64,000 nt of DNA from NCBI GenBank assembly GCA_044892525.1, contig CM097887.1, positions 87,708,397 through 87,772,396 on the forward strand. Reading direction: 5' to 3'. The notes beneath the pieces were generated by a model. The model did not search any database and had not been told where the DNA came from. It saw only the letters and a program-made list of their open reading frames with translations. Positions 22,712 through 33,500 of this stretch are shown here, piece after piece. Made by a program: the position numbers and the translations under genes. How positions within the stretch are numbered: position 1 is the first letter of the stretch; the number at the start of each line of letters is the position of its first letter. This stretch comes from Schmidtea polychroa (taxonomy: Eukaryota).

Positions 22712-23383
22712 TTAGGTGACCGGATTTATACACACAAAGTTTATGAATGGTCGATGTCCCATGATCTCAAGGTTCGGAATGTCTTGGTTGGTTGAATTCT
22801 GGGTCGGATGGCTGGTTGAAGTTGTTATCGTGGGGAGCTGGATTGTAACAGGCATTTGGTCAGGAGATAGATTTTGTTGCATTTGGTCGGGTGGGTTTGG
22901 TTGTTGAAAATGTACTGCTCGTTTATGTTTATTTTTCGATCGTGGGTTCTTTCTTTCGTGTTTCTCGGATAGTGACTGGTTTCTTCTCCATGTTCGATGA
23001 ATATCATACGCTTTCCAGATGACTAGTGCGCAGATGATAAGGGTTTCACTGATGGTAGTATAGAGTAAGACTTGGCTTTCTTTTACTTCCTTCTTCATGA
23101 TGATTTCCTTCAAGGGTTGTTGGGTGGTTTGTTCTTGTAAGAGAATTTCGAGTTGTTCGATTTTTTGGGTTTGTAGGTGGAGTTGCATTTGAAGTTTTTG
23201 CCAGACGGCTTTGTTCCAGCATTGTTTCGGGATGTTGTTGGAGAGCTTTCTTTCGCTTTTCAGTTTGGTTAACGGGTTTTGCTGTTTCTCGGGATTCTCC
23301 CAGAATGTTGGGATTGGCTGCCACATGGGTATTCCGTTTATCGCTATCATCATTATTGTCACCAGGGTTGCTCCGAACCACAT
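22712..23383 (-). CDS. Predicted type I membrane accessory protein (223 aa)
   Basis: Signal-like MWFGATLVTIMMIAING, coiled coil, TM VLLYTTISETLIICALVIW, basic tail. Confidence 0.75.
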   Translation of the reverse strand: MWFGATLVTIMMIAINGIPMWQPIPTFWENPEKQQNPLTKLKSERKLSNNIPKQCWNKAVWQKLQMQLHLQTQKIEQLEILLQEQTTQQPLKEIIMKKEVKESQVLLYTTISETLIICALVIWKAYDIHRTWRRNQSLSEKHERKNPRSKNKHKRAVHFQQPNPPDQMQQNLSPDQMPVTIQLPTITTSTSHPTQNSTNQDIPNLEIMGHRPFINFVCINPVT

Positions 23384-23438
23384 ACTACTATACGAAAATT
23401 TTTATTTACAATTATTTACATTGATCATTCATCTTTAA

Positions 23439-24140
23439 TTATTGCCGGGTTTTCTTTTTACGGGTTTTCTCGGATGTTCTCATCACTCTCGTTTCTGCTT
23501 TTATTACTCGTTTTCTCAATTCGGGTAGTACTTTTAATTGTTTGTCTCTTTCGTCTAACTGTTGCCTTAGGGTTATTATTTTTTCTTTTAGTGCTTTTAT
23601 TTCTTGTGTTGCTCTTTCGAGGTTTTTATGGTTCATTATCTGTAGAAAATCATTTTCCCTTTCCCCGTCTTCTTCGTTGTCTATTTCCTGGTATTTGTTG
23701 TTCATTCGTCTCATTATCTCACATTCTTTCTGTTTTTGGTGTAGTTGGAGTTGTAACTCTTTCAGGCTTTCTTGGTGTTTCCGTGCCTCGGTTTTCCAAT
23801 AGTCACTAATCACTTCGTCGGCCTTTCGACTGGCCCTCTCCTGCCATAATTCTTCCGCGATCTTTTCCCAATTTCTCCCTCGCTTTCTTTGCTCGTGAAG
23901 CCATTCGTTTTCTTCCTCTACTTCTTTCTTTACTCCTTCTAACAAGATATATTCTCTTTTCAATACTTTAATCATTTTTCGATTATCTCTCCACCTTTCA
24001 ACTAATCTTTCGTTTTCCTGTCTCTCTTCTTGTAATTCTTCCTTGATAGTTTTCTTCCTCTCCACTTCATCAACTTCAATTTCTCCCTCTTCTAACTCGA
24101 TTATAGATGTTATGCTGGGTTGTCCGTTTTCAGTGTTCAT
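23439..24140 (-). CDS. Short coiled-coil accessory ORF (233 aa)
   Basis: Homologous to 11705-12418. Confidence 0.8.
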   Translation of the reverse strand: MNTENGQPSITSIIELEEGEIEVDEVERKKTIKEELQEERQENERLVERWRDNRKMIKVLKREYILLEGVKKEVEEENEWLHEQRKRGRNWEKIAEELWQERASRKADEVISDYWKTEARKHQESLKELQLQLHQKQKECEIMRRMNNKYQEIDNEEDGERENDFLQIMNHKNLERATQEIKALKEKIITLRQQLDERDKQLKVLPELRKRVIKAETRVMRTSEKTRKKKTRQ

Positions 24141-24314
24141 TTTCTATAATATATACATAATTAATAATTGCGCTACAGTGCGGCTTATACTTATACATTT
24201 ATATGTTATTTTATAATCAGGGTTACAGTCCCTTTCATACTTTTACTGTACCATTAATTTTTTTGGTTGGGATACAGGTCCCGATTTTTATATTTTTTAT
24301 CTTTCCTTTTATCT

Positions 24315-25352
24315 TTATACAAAGGTCTCTTCCTGGCCTACATATCCCTCATCGCTTTCTACTGACGTTTGTAATTGGAGTGCGATGGGATCAAATGGGA
24401 TGTAGTACCGGGGAATCTGCGCTCTAAGTTCTTGCACTTCGTCTCTTAGTGCTCTTGACACGTTAAGTTCCTCGTCCAACAGGTATGTTAGATACCTGGT
24501 TTCATCGTCTCTTACCTCTATCTGTTTTTCTAGCTCTTCCGCTTTTTCGCCGTTTTCCCATTTCTTGATCTCTATCTCCAGATTTTTAAGATTTTCGTTA
24601 TACATTTTCCTTTCGTTTTCTAACTTTTTGTTTTTCCCCGCCAGTACCATATTTCTCTGCTCCAGAGCTCCTTGGTATCCGTTGACATCTCGTTCTAGTT
24701 CTGCGACCTTATTCACCAGTTCCACGAGTCGTCCTGACTGTTGAAGTATCAGTTCTTCCATTGCGGCATTCTCGTGCTCCCTTATGGAGATTTTCATGGC
24801 TAGATGTCTTTCAAATTCCATGGCTTTGGTCTGCCATGTTTGGCTTCGGGCCGCAATCTTTCTGAGCCGTTTCAGTTCTTCTCTTATGACCAGATTTTCC
24901 TCCCATTTGCCTTGTTCGCTTTCGTATTCTAATCTCATAGGCAATTCTTTCATTTCTTTTTTCATCTCTTTGTTCTGCCGCTTCCAGTTTCGGGCTTCTG
25001 CCAATAGGTGATTCATTTTCCTTCCTTCCTTTTGTTTTTCTGCTTCTCGTTTTGTGTTTTCGTCCGTCAATCGTTTCCGTGCTTCCTGCACTAACTGTTT
25101 TAAATAGTGGCTGTGCGCTTCTTGGCGAGTGTTTTCCAATGATGCCCACTTAGAGGCTCTTTTGCATGCTTCTGCTTCGGCTCTTAAATTGTTTACTAAC
25201 CACTGATATTTGTTATTCTCGTATTCCCTGGCCTCTTCGAGATGGTTGTGGGTCTGGTTCGTCAATTGTAACATTACTTTGACCCATTTTCCCTTATGGA
25301 TTTTATTGACTTTGGTTTCGTGGTTTGGGGCTTCAGTTCCTTCTTGTGTCAT
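24315..25352 (-). CDS. Long coiled-coil accessory ORF (345 aa)
   Basis: Homologous to the C-terminal part of 9970-11549. Confidence 0.8.
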   Translation of the reverse strand: MTQEGTEAPNHETKVNKIHKGKWVKVMLQLTNQTHNHLEEAREYENNKYQWLVNNLRAEAEACKRASKWASLENTRQEAHSHYLKQLVQEARKRLTDENTKREAEKQKEGRKMNHLLAEARNWKRQNKEMKKEMKELPMRLEYESEQGKWEENLVIREELKRLRKIAARSQTWQTKAMEFERHLAMKISIREHENAAMEELILQQSGRLVELVNKVAELERDVNGYQGALEQRNMVLAGKNKKLENERKMYNENLKNLEIEIKKWENGEKAEELEKQIEVRDDETRYLTYLLDEELNVSRALRDEVQELRAQIPRYYIPFDPIALQLQTSVESDEGYVGQEETFV

Positions 25353-25572
25353 CTTTGTCTAAATAACGATATCATTAACTTAACGTTGTACGCTTATATC
25401 TGGTTTATTATTTATTTATTTTTATAATTCGTTATAGGAGTTGTTTTAGGAGTTTTTCGCTTAAGTTTACCTTTGGTAGATTTGGGGGGAATTTTTCTAC
25501 ACTACTATATAATATTTTACTGGATATATACGCCGATATTTACAATTAGTATATACAAAATTATTCGTCTCT

Positions 25573-26961
25573 CTACTCAGTCCTACTCTTCCCGTCTCGC
25601 CTCACCGCTATTTTCATGTATATAGTGTCGTTTCTCGTCATGTCTTCTACTTTCCGCTGTAGGATGAAATTTGGTGCTCCAGTTGCTGGTCCTTCTTCTT
25701 CCAAGGGCCTTTGGTAACATACGAGGTTTCCCGCTGTATGGAAACTCTGTTCGTGTATACTTTGATAGTTCATCATTGCGAGGTCTATTTTTGCTTTGAA
25801 TGGCCATTCTATTAACTCGTCGTATGGCCCTTTGCACATCAAGAAGAATACTGAGAAATGCGTTCCGTATGCACTTCCATCCCCATTGGGGTATGCTTTC
25901 ATTTTCATTTTATACCCGTTTTTCCATGAGTAGAATGCTGGACTTAGTAATGTTGTATCCTTTCCATTTCTCGCTCTCTGCATCTTCTCTTTTACTCCCG
26001 TTATTTTCCATATGTACGGAGCCGTAGGTATTAATTCGTTGAGGTTTAATTCGCTTACTTTTTGATGTAGTTCTTTCACCATAATGTTGCTAGTTTCTAC
26101 TAGATCTGTCTGTATCTTTGTACTTGTTCTCGCCTCTTCAAATGCTTCCTTTTCTTCCAATAGTTCTTTTACCAACGCTTTTAGCGAGACTATTTCTCTT
26201 TCTAAGTTTTCGGTTTTCCTTTCGTTTTCCTGTAATACCGTTGACCATATTTCCGCGTGTGTTGATACGTTTTCTGCTAGATGTTGGGGTAATTCCCCTC
26301 GGTGTAATTGTTTCGGACATCCCCATTTTCCTAGCACACACGTTATCTTTTTTCTTTCACACTCTTTTAGATGTTGAGCGAGTTTTATTACTCCGGGTTT
26401 ATCGCATTTGTTGGGGCATTCTCCTCTGAATTCTGCGCACACTTTCTCCTCTTGTATGTTGTGATGTTGACTGATTAGTTTCTTCCAGGTGTCGTTTTCT
26501 CCGCAATACTCGCATTTCTCTAGTCTTTCTTCGCATCGTCTTTGATGTTCTGCTTCTTCATTGACTTTAATCTCTTCTTGGCAACGTTTGCATTGACTGA
26601 TTTTATACTCACATTGCTCCATATGTTGCCTCACTTCCCATATCACTCCTCGCCAATTACATGGGGTGTTTTTACATCCTAGGTTTGCATTCAACATATC
26701 TTTTACAGCTGCTTTATCTTCGTTTGTATCTCCCAAACTTGTTATCATTGTTTCTTTGCATACTGGGCACCATTGTGGTCCCTTCTTTATTATCTCCTCT
26801 ACACATTCTCTGCACATTCTGCATCCACATCTGGTTTGGTGAGGTTCTCTTAATAAGCTCTTGCATATTCCACACGTTACATGGTTGTGTATTCGAATTG
26901 TGGTGGACTTTCTGATTTGTTCAACAATTTCTCTGAATTCTTCTCGTTGTCGCTTATCCAT
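25573..26961 (-). CDS. Full-length TRAF-like protein (RING, zinc fingers, coiled coil, MATH; 462 aa)
   Basis: CGICKSLLREPHQTRCGCRMCREC..CPVC; HMEQCEY..C.RC; YIWKITG..SPAFYSWKNGYKMKMKAYPNGDG..THFSVFF..WPF. Confidence 0.95.
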   Translation of the reverse strand: MDKRQREEFREIVEQIRKSTTIRIHNHVTCGICKSLLREPHQTRCGCRMCRECVEEIIKKGPQWCPVCKETMITSLGDTNEDKAAVKDMLNANLGCKNTPCNWRGVIWEVRQHMEQCEYKISQCKRCQEEIKVNEEAEHQRRCEERLEKCEYCGENDTWKKLISQHHNIQEEKVCAEFRGECPNKCDKPGVIKLAQHLKECERKKITCVLGKWGCPKQLHRGELPQHLAENVSTHAEIWSTVLQENERKTENLEREIVSLKALVKELLEEKEAFEEARTSTKIQTDLVETSNIMVKELHQKVSELNLNELIPTAPYIWKITGVKEKMQRARNGKDTTLLSPAFYSWKNGYKMKMKAYPNGDGSAYGTHFSVFFLMCKGPYDELIEWPFKAKIDLAMMNYQSIHEQSFHTAGNLVCYQRPLEEEGPATGAPNFILQRKVEDMTRNDTIYMKIAVRRDGKSRTE

Positions 26962-27044
26962 TTCTATAATTATACATATATTCGTTACTGGTACAGTTTC
27001 GTATTTTTATTTACATTTATTTACATTGCTATTTTAGGTTATAT

Positions 27045-27404
27045 TTATTGGCTGGAAGAGTCGGCCTCTTGTCCGCCCTCTTCCCTGTTGGTTAACCATT
27101 CTGACCAGTCTTCTATCTCCTCTCGCTCCATCTCTTCCGCGATTCTTATTAGCTCCTCTTCTTGCACCTGGCTGTATCGTGATATTCGGTCTATCTCTCG
27201 CTGCATTTGTTCTATTTTCATTCGTTGGTCTTCGATTATTCTTACATAATTGAAGCCTTTATTTAAACTTTCGACTAAGCTTCTTTGTACAGCGAGTCCT
27301 TGTTCCTGTAAATTCGAAATCACTTGAGTTAACATTGCACATTGTTGTTTCCACATCTCCTCGGTTGTTGTACTGTGGTTTACTTCCTCGCCTATTCGCT
27401 CCAT
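27045..27404 (-). CDS. Accessory ORF-a of element B (ATG at 27404; the ORF track starts at an upstream TTG)
   Basis: Homologous to 6581-7036. Confidence 0.75.
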   Translation of the reverse strand: MERIGEEVNHSTTTEEMWKQQCAMLTQVISNLQEQGLAVQRSLVESLNKGFNYVRIIEDQRMKIEQMQREIDRISRYSQVQEEELIRIAEEMEREEIEDWSEWLTNREEGGQEADSSSQ

Positions 27405-27572
27405 TCTTAATTTATATATACTTTTCAATCCTTATCTAATTTTATTTTCATATTAATTATCCCCATCATTATATACTATTGATACCGCGCTTATATAAAA
27501 ATATAGAATACTGTTATATAAATAAATATTTCCTACTTACTTTTTACAATCTATATACAGTCATAATCCTTT

Positions 27573-30500
27573 CTATATACGTGAGCTTGGAGGGCGCTGA
27601 GCATTCCAGGCCTCCACCCACTGTTCCTGCTTGATATTACATGGTCGTTTTACACGATGTTGAAAATTTCTTATTCTGGCCATTTCTAGTTCTCCGTGAT
27701 GCCGTCTATCTTTGATTATTTTTATTGTCCCCCCCGTTATGATTAAAAAGGCCCCTGTTATTATTATGCCGCTGATCCACATCATCTGTTTTATGCTTAT
27801 AATTTCCGCTTTTTCCTTGCTCGTTATTGTTGATATTGCTTCTGTGCTTTTTAGATTACCGTCTTTGCCATTTCCTTTCATCATTCCTCGTATTCTTGCT
27901 ATTTCCTCGTTCATACCTTCCTTTGCCATTTTTTGTATTTTCTCCATCTCCTCCTCGGATACATAATTGTCTTGATGTTTCTCACTGTTTTTCTTGCGTT
28001 TTCCTTGCTCATCTTTTTCATCATCGATTTTTCTTTTCTTCCCCCTTTTCCCAGGGTATCGTCGACATTCTCTCGCTGTATCTTTTCTCCAGATGCATAT
28101 TGTGTATTCTTTTGGAGGTTGTTGCTGTATTACATATTGTAGACAGTCTTCACCTGGTCTTAATCTTGCGATGCAGACTTTGTGTTCTTTTCTTGGCTGG
28201 AGTTGCGTTATCACTACCTCACCTCCTTTTCCCAGGTGTACCTCCTTCCCTTTGACTTTCGTTATTCTCTTTCCTTCTCGATTTCGGTATGCTTCTTGTA
28301 TTCTTACTTCCGTTATTGGTTCTGCATCTTCATTTTTTAACACTAGTCTCTGATAAGCTCTAGACATACATCTTCCTAATATACACCTTTCTTTTAAATC
28401 CCATTCTTCTTTTAGATCCCATTGCTGCTCTTGTACTTGTTTTTTCTTTTCTTGTTTTAGTTCTTCCTCTTTGTTGTCCTTATTTTCCGTTTCTTTGGCT
28501 TCTTTTATCGTTCTCATTCCTCCCTGGGCTGTTATCATTTCCACCATTGTTAGTACGAGTATCATTATCATCATATTTGTCTCCATTTCTTTGTTGGTAA
28601 AAAGTAGGCATACCCTCTGTTTTCCACTATTCGTCTTTTCTTCTTGCTTCATTCGGTTTCTCGGGTTATTTTCCTCTTTTTTCCTACTCGCGTCGTTATT
28701 TTCTTGATTATTCTCCTCTGATTTCTCTTTCTCTTTATTCCCGTTTCGACCTTTTTCATTATTATCGTCGTCTTTATCGTCTTTATCGTCTTTATCTCCC
28801 CCGCTATCGTTTAAAATGTCGTCCTCGACATTTATATCATTCAACAATCTGCGGTATGCCGTTAGCACTCTGTTTCTTGCTAATTTTGCTTCGAGTTCGA
28901 ACTCCTTTCTGCCTGTTGCTACATGTCTCTTTCTATTCCATTCTTTCACTAATTCTCTTAATTGTATCCGACGATGTTTCCCGATTCGCTTTTGTTCGTT
29001 TAGATTCTGCGTGAATTTGAGATCTTCCCTGTTTAATACGATCATTATGATTTTCGGAGTTCCTCCTTTTGTTAGTGTATTTTTAACCATAGCATTTTCT
29101 CCGTTTTCGTAGAACTCATTTATATTTATTGCATATTTATTGCTTTGTGGTATTCTCCATGTTAGCAGCAACTTCATGGCTTCTAAGTTCATCCGTATCG
29201 TGTTCCATTGGAACTGTGACGTGTTTTTACAGATATTTTCTACCTCAGTTCTTGTAGCATTTTTACAAATGAATCTAATCATTTCCAAGTTTGGTTGTAT
29301 TGTTGCCCAATCCATGGCAGAATTTCCTTCGTTTGATATTTCGTCAAGTCTTGATCCCGATCGATGTAGTATATGTAATGTTTTCGGGTGTATATTTGTT
29401 ATGGCTGCATACATCATTGCTGTTTCTCCTTGTTCATTTTTTGCATTAGATTCTTCTCCGAAGTCTCTAAGGATTCTTATGATGGTTATTGCTCTGTTTT
29501 CTTTTGCTGCTAAAATGGCTTGTTGTAATGGTGTTCTTGAGTCTTTTGTTGGTAAGGTGAATGCTAGTGGTATAAATGTTTTTATTTTTCCTATGTCTAG
29601 ATTTGTGGTCTGATCTCTTGCGTAGGTGTGTACTGTTTTGGTTATTTTTGCTAGTATCGCTTCATCGGATAGATCTTGCATTTCTTCAAAGAATACTTCT
29701 TTAGCCTTACGTACTACTATCTCTTGGTCGGAGTTTATTGTCTTTGGTTTACTTGTTGTTGCTATATCGGTTATTGGTTGATCGACTTGTTCCTCAGACT
29801 CTCTTGCTTTTACTTTCTTCCTTTTTATCTTTTTCTTGTTCGAATTGCTAATGCGTTCCTCTGCCGTTAGAACTTGAATAATGCTTAGGTAAGTTTCTCG
29901 AATGTTGTTCATATTTTCCATCATATATAATACACTCACGGTTTCCCAAAATTTTACTTGTACTTTATCGGTAAATTGAGATATAGCTTTTTCGAAGTTG
30001 ATAATTCGTTTTCTGATTAGTTGTTCGTCTTTGTGATTTGAGAACTTTATGCCACGTTGTAGTAGTTGATTTGGAATTTCGAATAGGTGATGTCCTCTCA
30101 TCGCTTCTCTCATCAAGGTATTTTCTCCTTTGGTAAATGTTTCGTTTATATCTACCATATAATCGTTTTTGATCGGGTTCCTCCATGCAATTAGTATTCC
30201 AGTAATTGTTATTAATTTCTCTTTGATTGCAGTTAATAGCCCGTCATACATGTTTCCTATCTCTCTATTATCCTCATATGATAATAGATCTACTAAGATT
30301 ATGAAGGCTTCCGTACTTTTCCCTTCGATTGCATGATGTAGTGCATTTTTCTGGTTGTGGTCTTGTGTGGTTATCTTTGACCCAGTTTCAAGTAATGCGA
30401 TGATAATATCTTTAGCTTTATCCCGATTGGCTGCTATCATTAGTGGAGTGTAACCTTGGTTGTTTTCTTGATCTGTCGAAATGTTACAATCGCGAAATGC

Positions 30501-33500
30501 TTCAATTGTTTCTAATATCTGTTCGTTACTACCCACCTTTAAAAGCTTGTGCAGGGGTGTGTCTCCGTAATGGTCTGTGATCGTGAATAATATAGGCCAT
30601 TGACTTTTAACTACCCTGAGCAATGGGTGTGTTCTTTCTCGGTTTGCATAATTTTCGATCATTGTTAGCAGACCTCCCAATATCTCAAAATCTAATCTGT
30701 CTTCTGCCCATCCGGGCATTTTAACTTTTACTTCCTTTATGATTTTCTCGGCTTCTGATGGTTGTAACCCTAATCGATTACCTGTTGGTTCGTTTATTTG
30801 CTGTAACATGTTTATTCTATACGTTTGTGATCTTGTCGTTAGTGTACGTCCTTCTGGCTGACTGGTGGCGGTTTTCGGAATTGGCTTACATCGTGCAACA
30901 TTTACGTATATTGGTCTTGTAAAAGGGTTGTTCACTAATCGTACTCTTACATTAGTTTCTCCGACGAATAGAATCTCATACGGCCCTTTACCGTTTCGTT
31001 GTAATTTTTTGGTGGTTCCTGGAATTAATTCTGGTGTTTCAATCATCACCCAATCGCCTGTTTGAAACGTATGCTGTTTGACGTTTTTCTTTCTATCATG
31101 TAACTCTTTGTAACTTTCTTGATAAAATTTTATATTCAATCCTGCGGTTTCCCAGATTTCCTGCATTCTTTCCTTGAACTTGGTTACATAATCGTCTATT
31201 TCCATGTATTGTGATATCGGTGGCTGATATTCTAAATCCATTGGCATATTGCATTCTCTGCCGTACATCAACTTGAACGGACTCATCTTTGTGGACGCGT
31301 GAATCGACATTCTGTAAGCCATTAGACATAATTTTATATATTCATCCCAGTCTCGTTGATGACGATCGACATAATTTGATAACATTTGAATCAGTGTTCC
31401 ATTGAATCTTTCTGTCATACCATTAGTTTGTGGATGGTACGGTGATGTTCTTAATTTTGCGATCTTGAAGTAGTTGGTGACTTCGCTCATTATTTCGCTC
31501 ATGAAATTCGTTCCTTGATCCGTCAGTATTTGTTTCGGCGTTCCATATCGACAACATATTTCCTCTACTAATATTTTTGCGATTGTTCTTGCTTTCTGAT
31601 CTGCCATTGCGAATGCTTCGGGGAATTTTGTCAAATAATCTGTGATTACCAATATATATATATTTCCTCTATCTGATTCTGGTAGTGGACCGACTACGTC
31701 CATTGATATCATTGTCATTGGTTCTGCTGGTACTGGCATTGGCTTTAATGGTGCCTTCCATTTTGTTCCCGTGTTTTTTCTGGTTGCGCAAGTTATGCAA
31801 TTTTTCACCCATTCCGTTACATCCTCGGTCAATGTAGGCCAAAAATATTTTTGTTTCATTCGTGCCAACGTCTTTTTAGATGACATATGTCCTCCGAGTC
31901 TTCCGTCATGGTATTGTGTTAGTAGATCTTTACGTCTATTCTCGGGAATGCACATCAGTCTTTTCTCGCCATCCATTATCAATAACCAATCTTTCTCGAT
32001 AATATATCGATGTCGATGTTTATCCATATGCTCCTTCAATTTTTGATCTTTCTCATATACCTCTGCTTTCCCTGTTTTCACATATTCAATGATTTGCTTC
32101 AACTCTGTATCCTCTTGTTGGTCTTTCCGTAATTGGCAAAAATCTAAATCTTCTGCTACCATCAGACATATTCGTTGCATTTCGTGATCTACTAAATCTG
32201 GAAAGATAAATCTGGACATACAATCCGCATTGGCATTCGCTCTTCCCGCTTTGAATTTTATGAACGGTGAATATTCTTGTAACTGCATTGCCCATCGCAT
32301 CAATCTACTTGAAGCTTCTTTGTGTTGACCAAGCCATACTAATGGTTGATGATCCGTGGTGATACATATTTCGTGTCCCCATAACAAATATCGAAAATGT
32401 TTAATTGCTTGTATGATTGCTAACGCTTCTCTCTCGGTTACGGAATAGTTTTTCTCGTGCTTTTTAAACGTTCTACTGTAGTATCCAATCACTCTTTCTT
32501 TTCCTTCTTCATCCAGTTGTCCTAATATTGCTCCGGCTGCATATCCACTTGCATCTGTTGCTAATAGGAACGGTTTCTTGAAATCAGGATGTACTAGTAT
32601 TGGGGCTTCAATTAATTTATCTCGCAATGTCTCAAACGCTTTTTGTTGTTCTGCACCCCAAATAAATGAAATATCCTTTTTCACTAATTCCTGTATTGGT
32701 TTCGCAATACCTGCATAGTTTTTGATGAATTTTCGATAATATCCGCATAATCCGAGAAATTCTTGAACTTGGGTGACAGTTTTTGGTGCTGGACATGTTT
32801 TTATTTTTTCTATGTTTCTTGGATCTGGTTCTTTGCCTTTTGCTGACACTATGTGTCCTAAGAACGTAACCTTTTCTTTTGCCCAATCACATTTGGATGG
32901 TTTAAGTTTCAGTTTCCATTGTCGTAATCGAACGAACACGTTTCTGATATCTTCCAAATGTTGTTCGAAAGTTGCTGAATATATTAATAAATCATCAATA
33001 TATACCATACACTGCTTGATCCCGTGTGTGACAAAATTCATACATCTCTGGAATGATGCTGGGGCATTGGTCAGTCCGAACGGCATTTTCCTGAATTGGT
33101 ATAGATCTCGGCCCAATGTGAATGCTGTTTTCTCTTTGTCTTCCTCCTTGACTTTGATCTGCCAATATCCACTTTTCAGATCTAAAGATGTAAAATATGC
33201 GGCCCCCTGTAACATAAGTAACATCTCATTGATGTCTGGTAAAGGGTATGTGTCTCTTTTTGTTACTGCATTTAATTTCCGATAATCGATACAGAATCTC
33301 TGAGTACCGTCTTTTTTCTTCACCATGACTACTGGAAATTGCCATGGCGAACAACTTGGTTCGATCACTTGTGCATCTAGCATTTTTTGTACTTCTGCTT
33401 CGGCTATCTCTTTTTGCTTCTCTGCTAGTTTGTATGGACGTAGTGCGATTGGAGTTTCGTCTATTAATGGTATTGCGTGTAGTGTAACATCGCATGCTCC

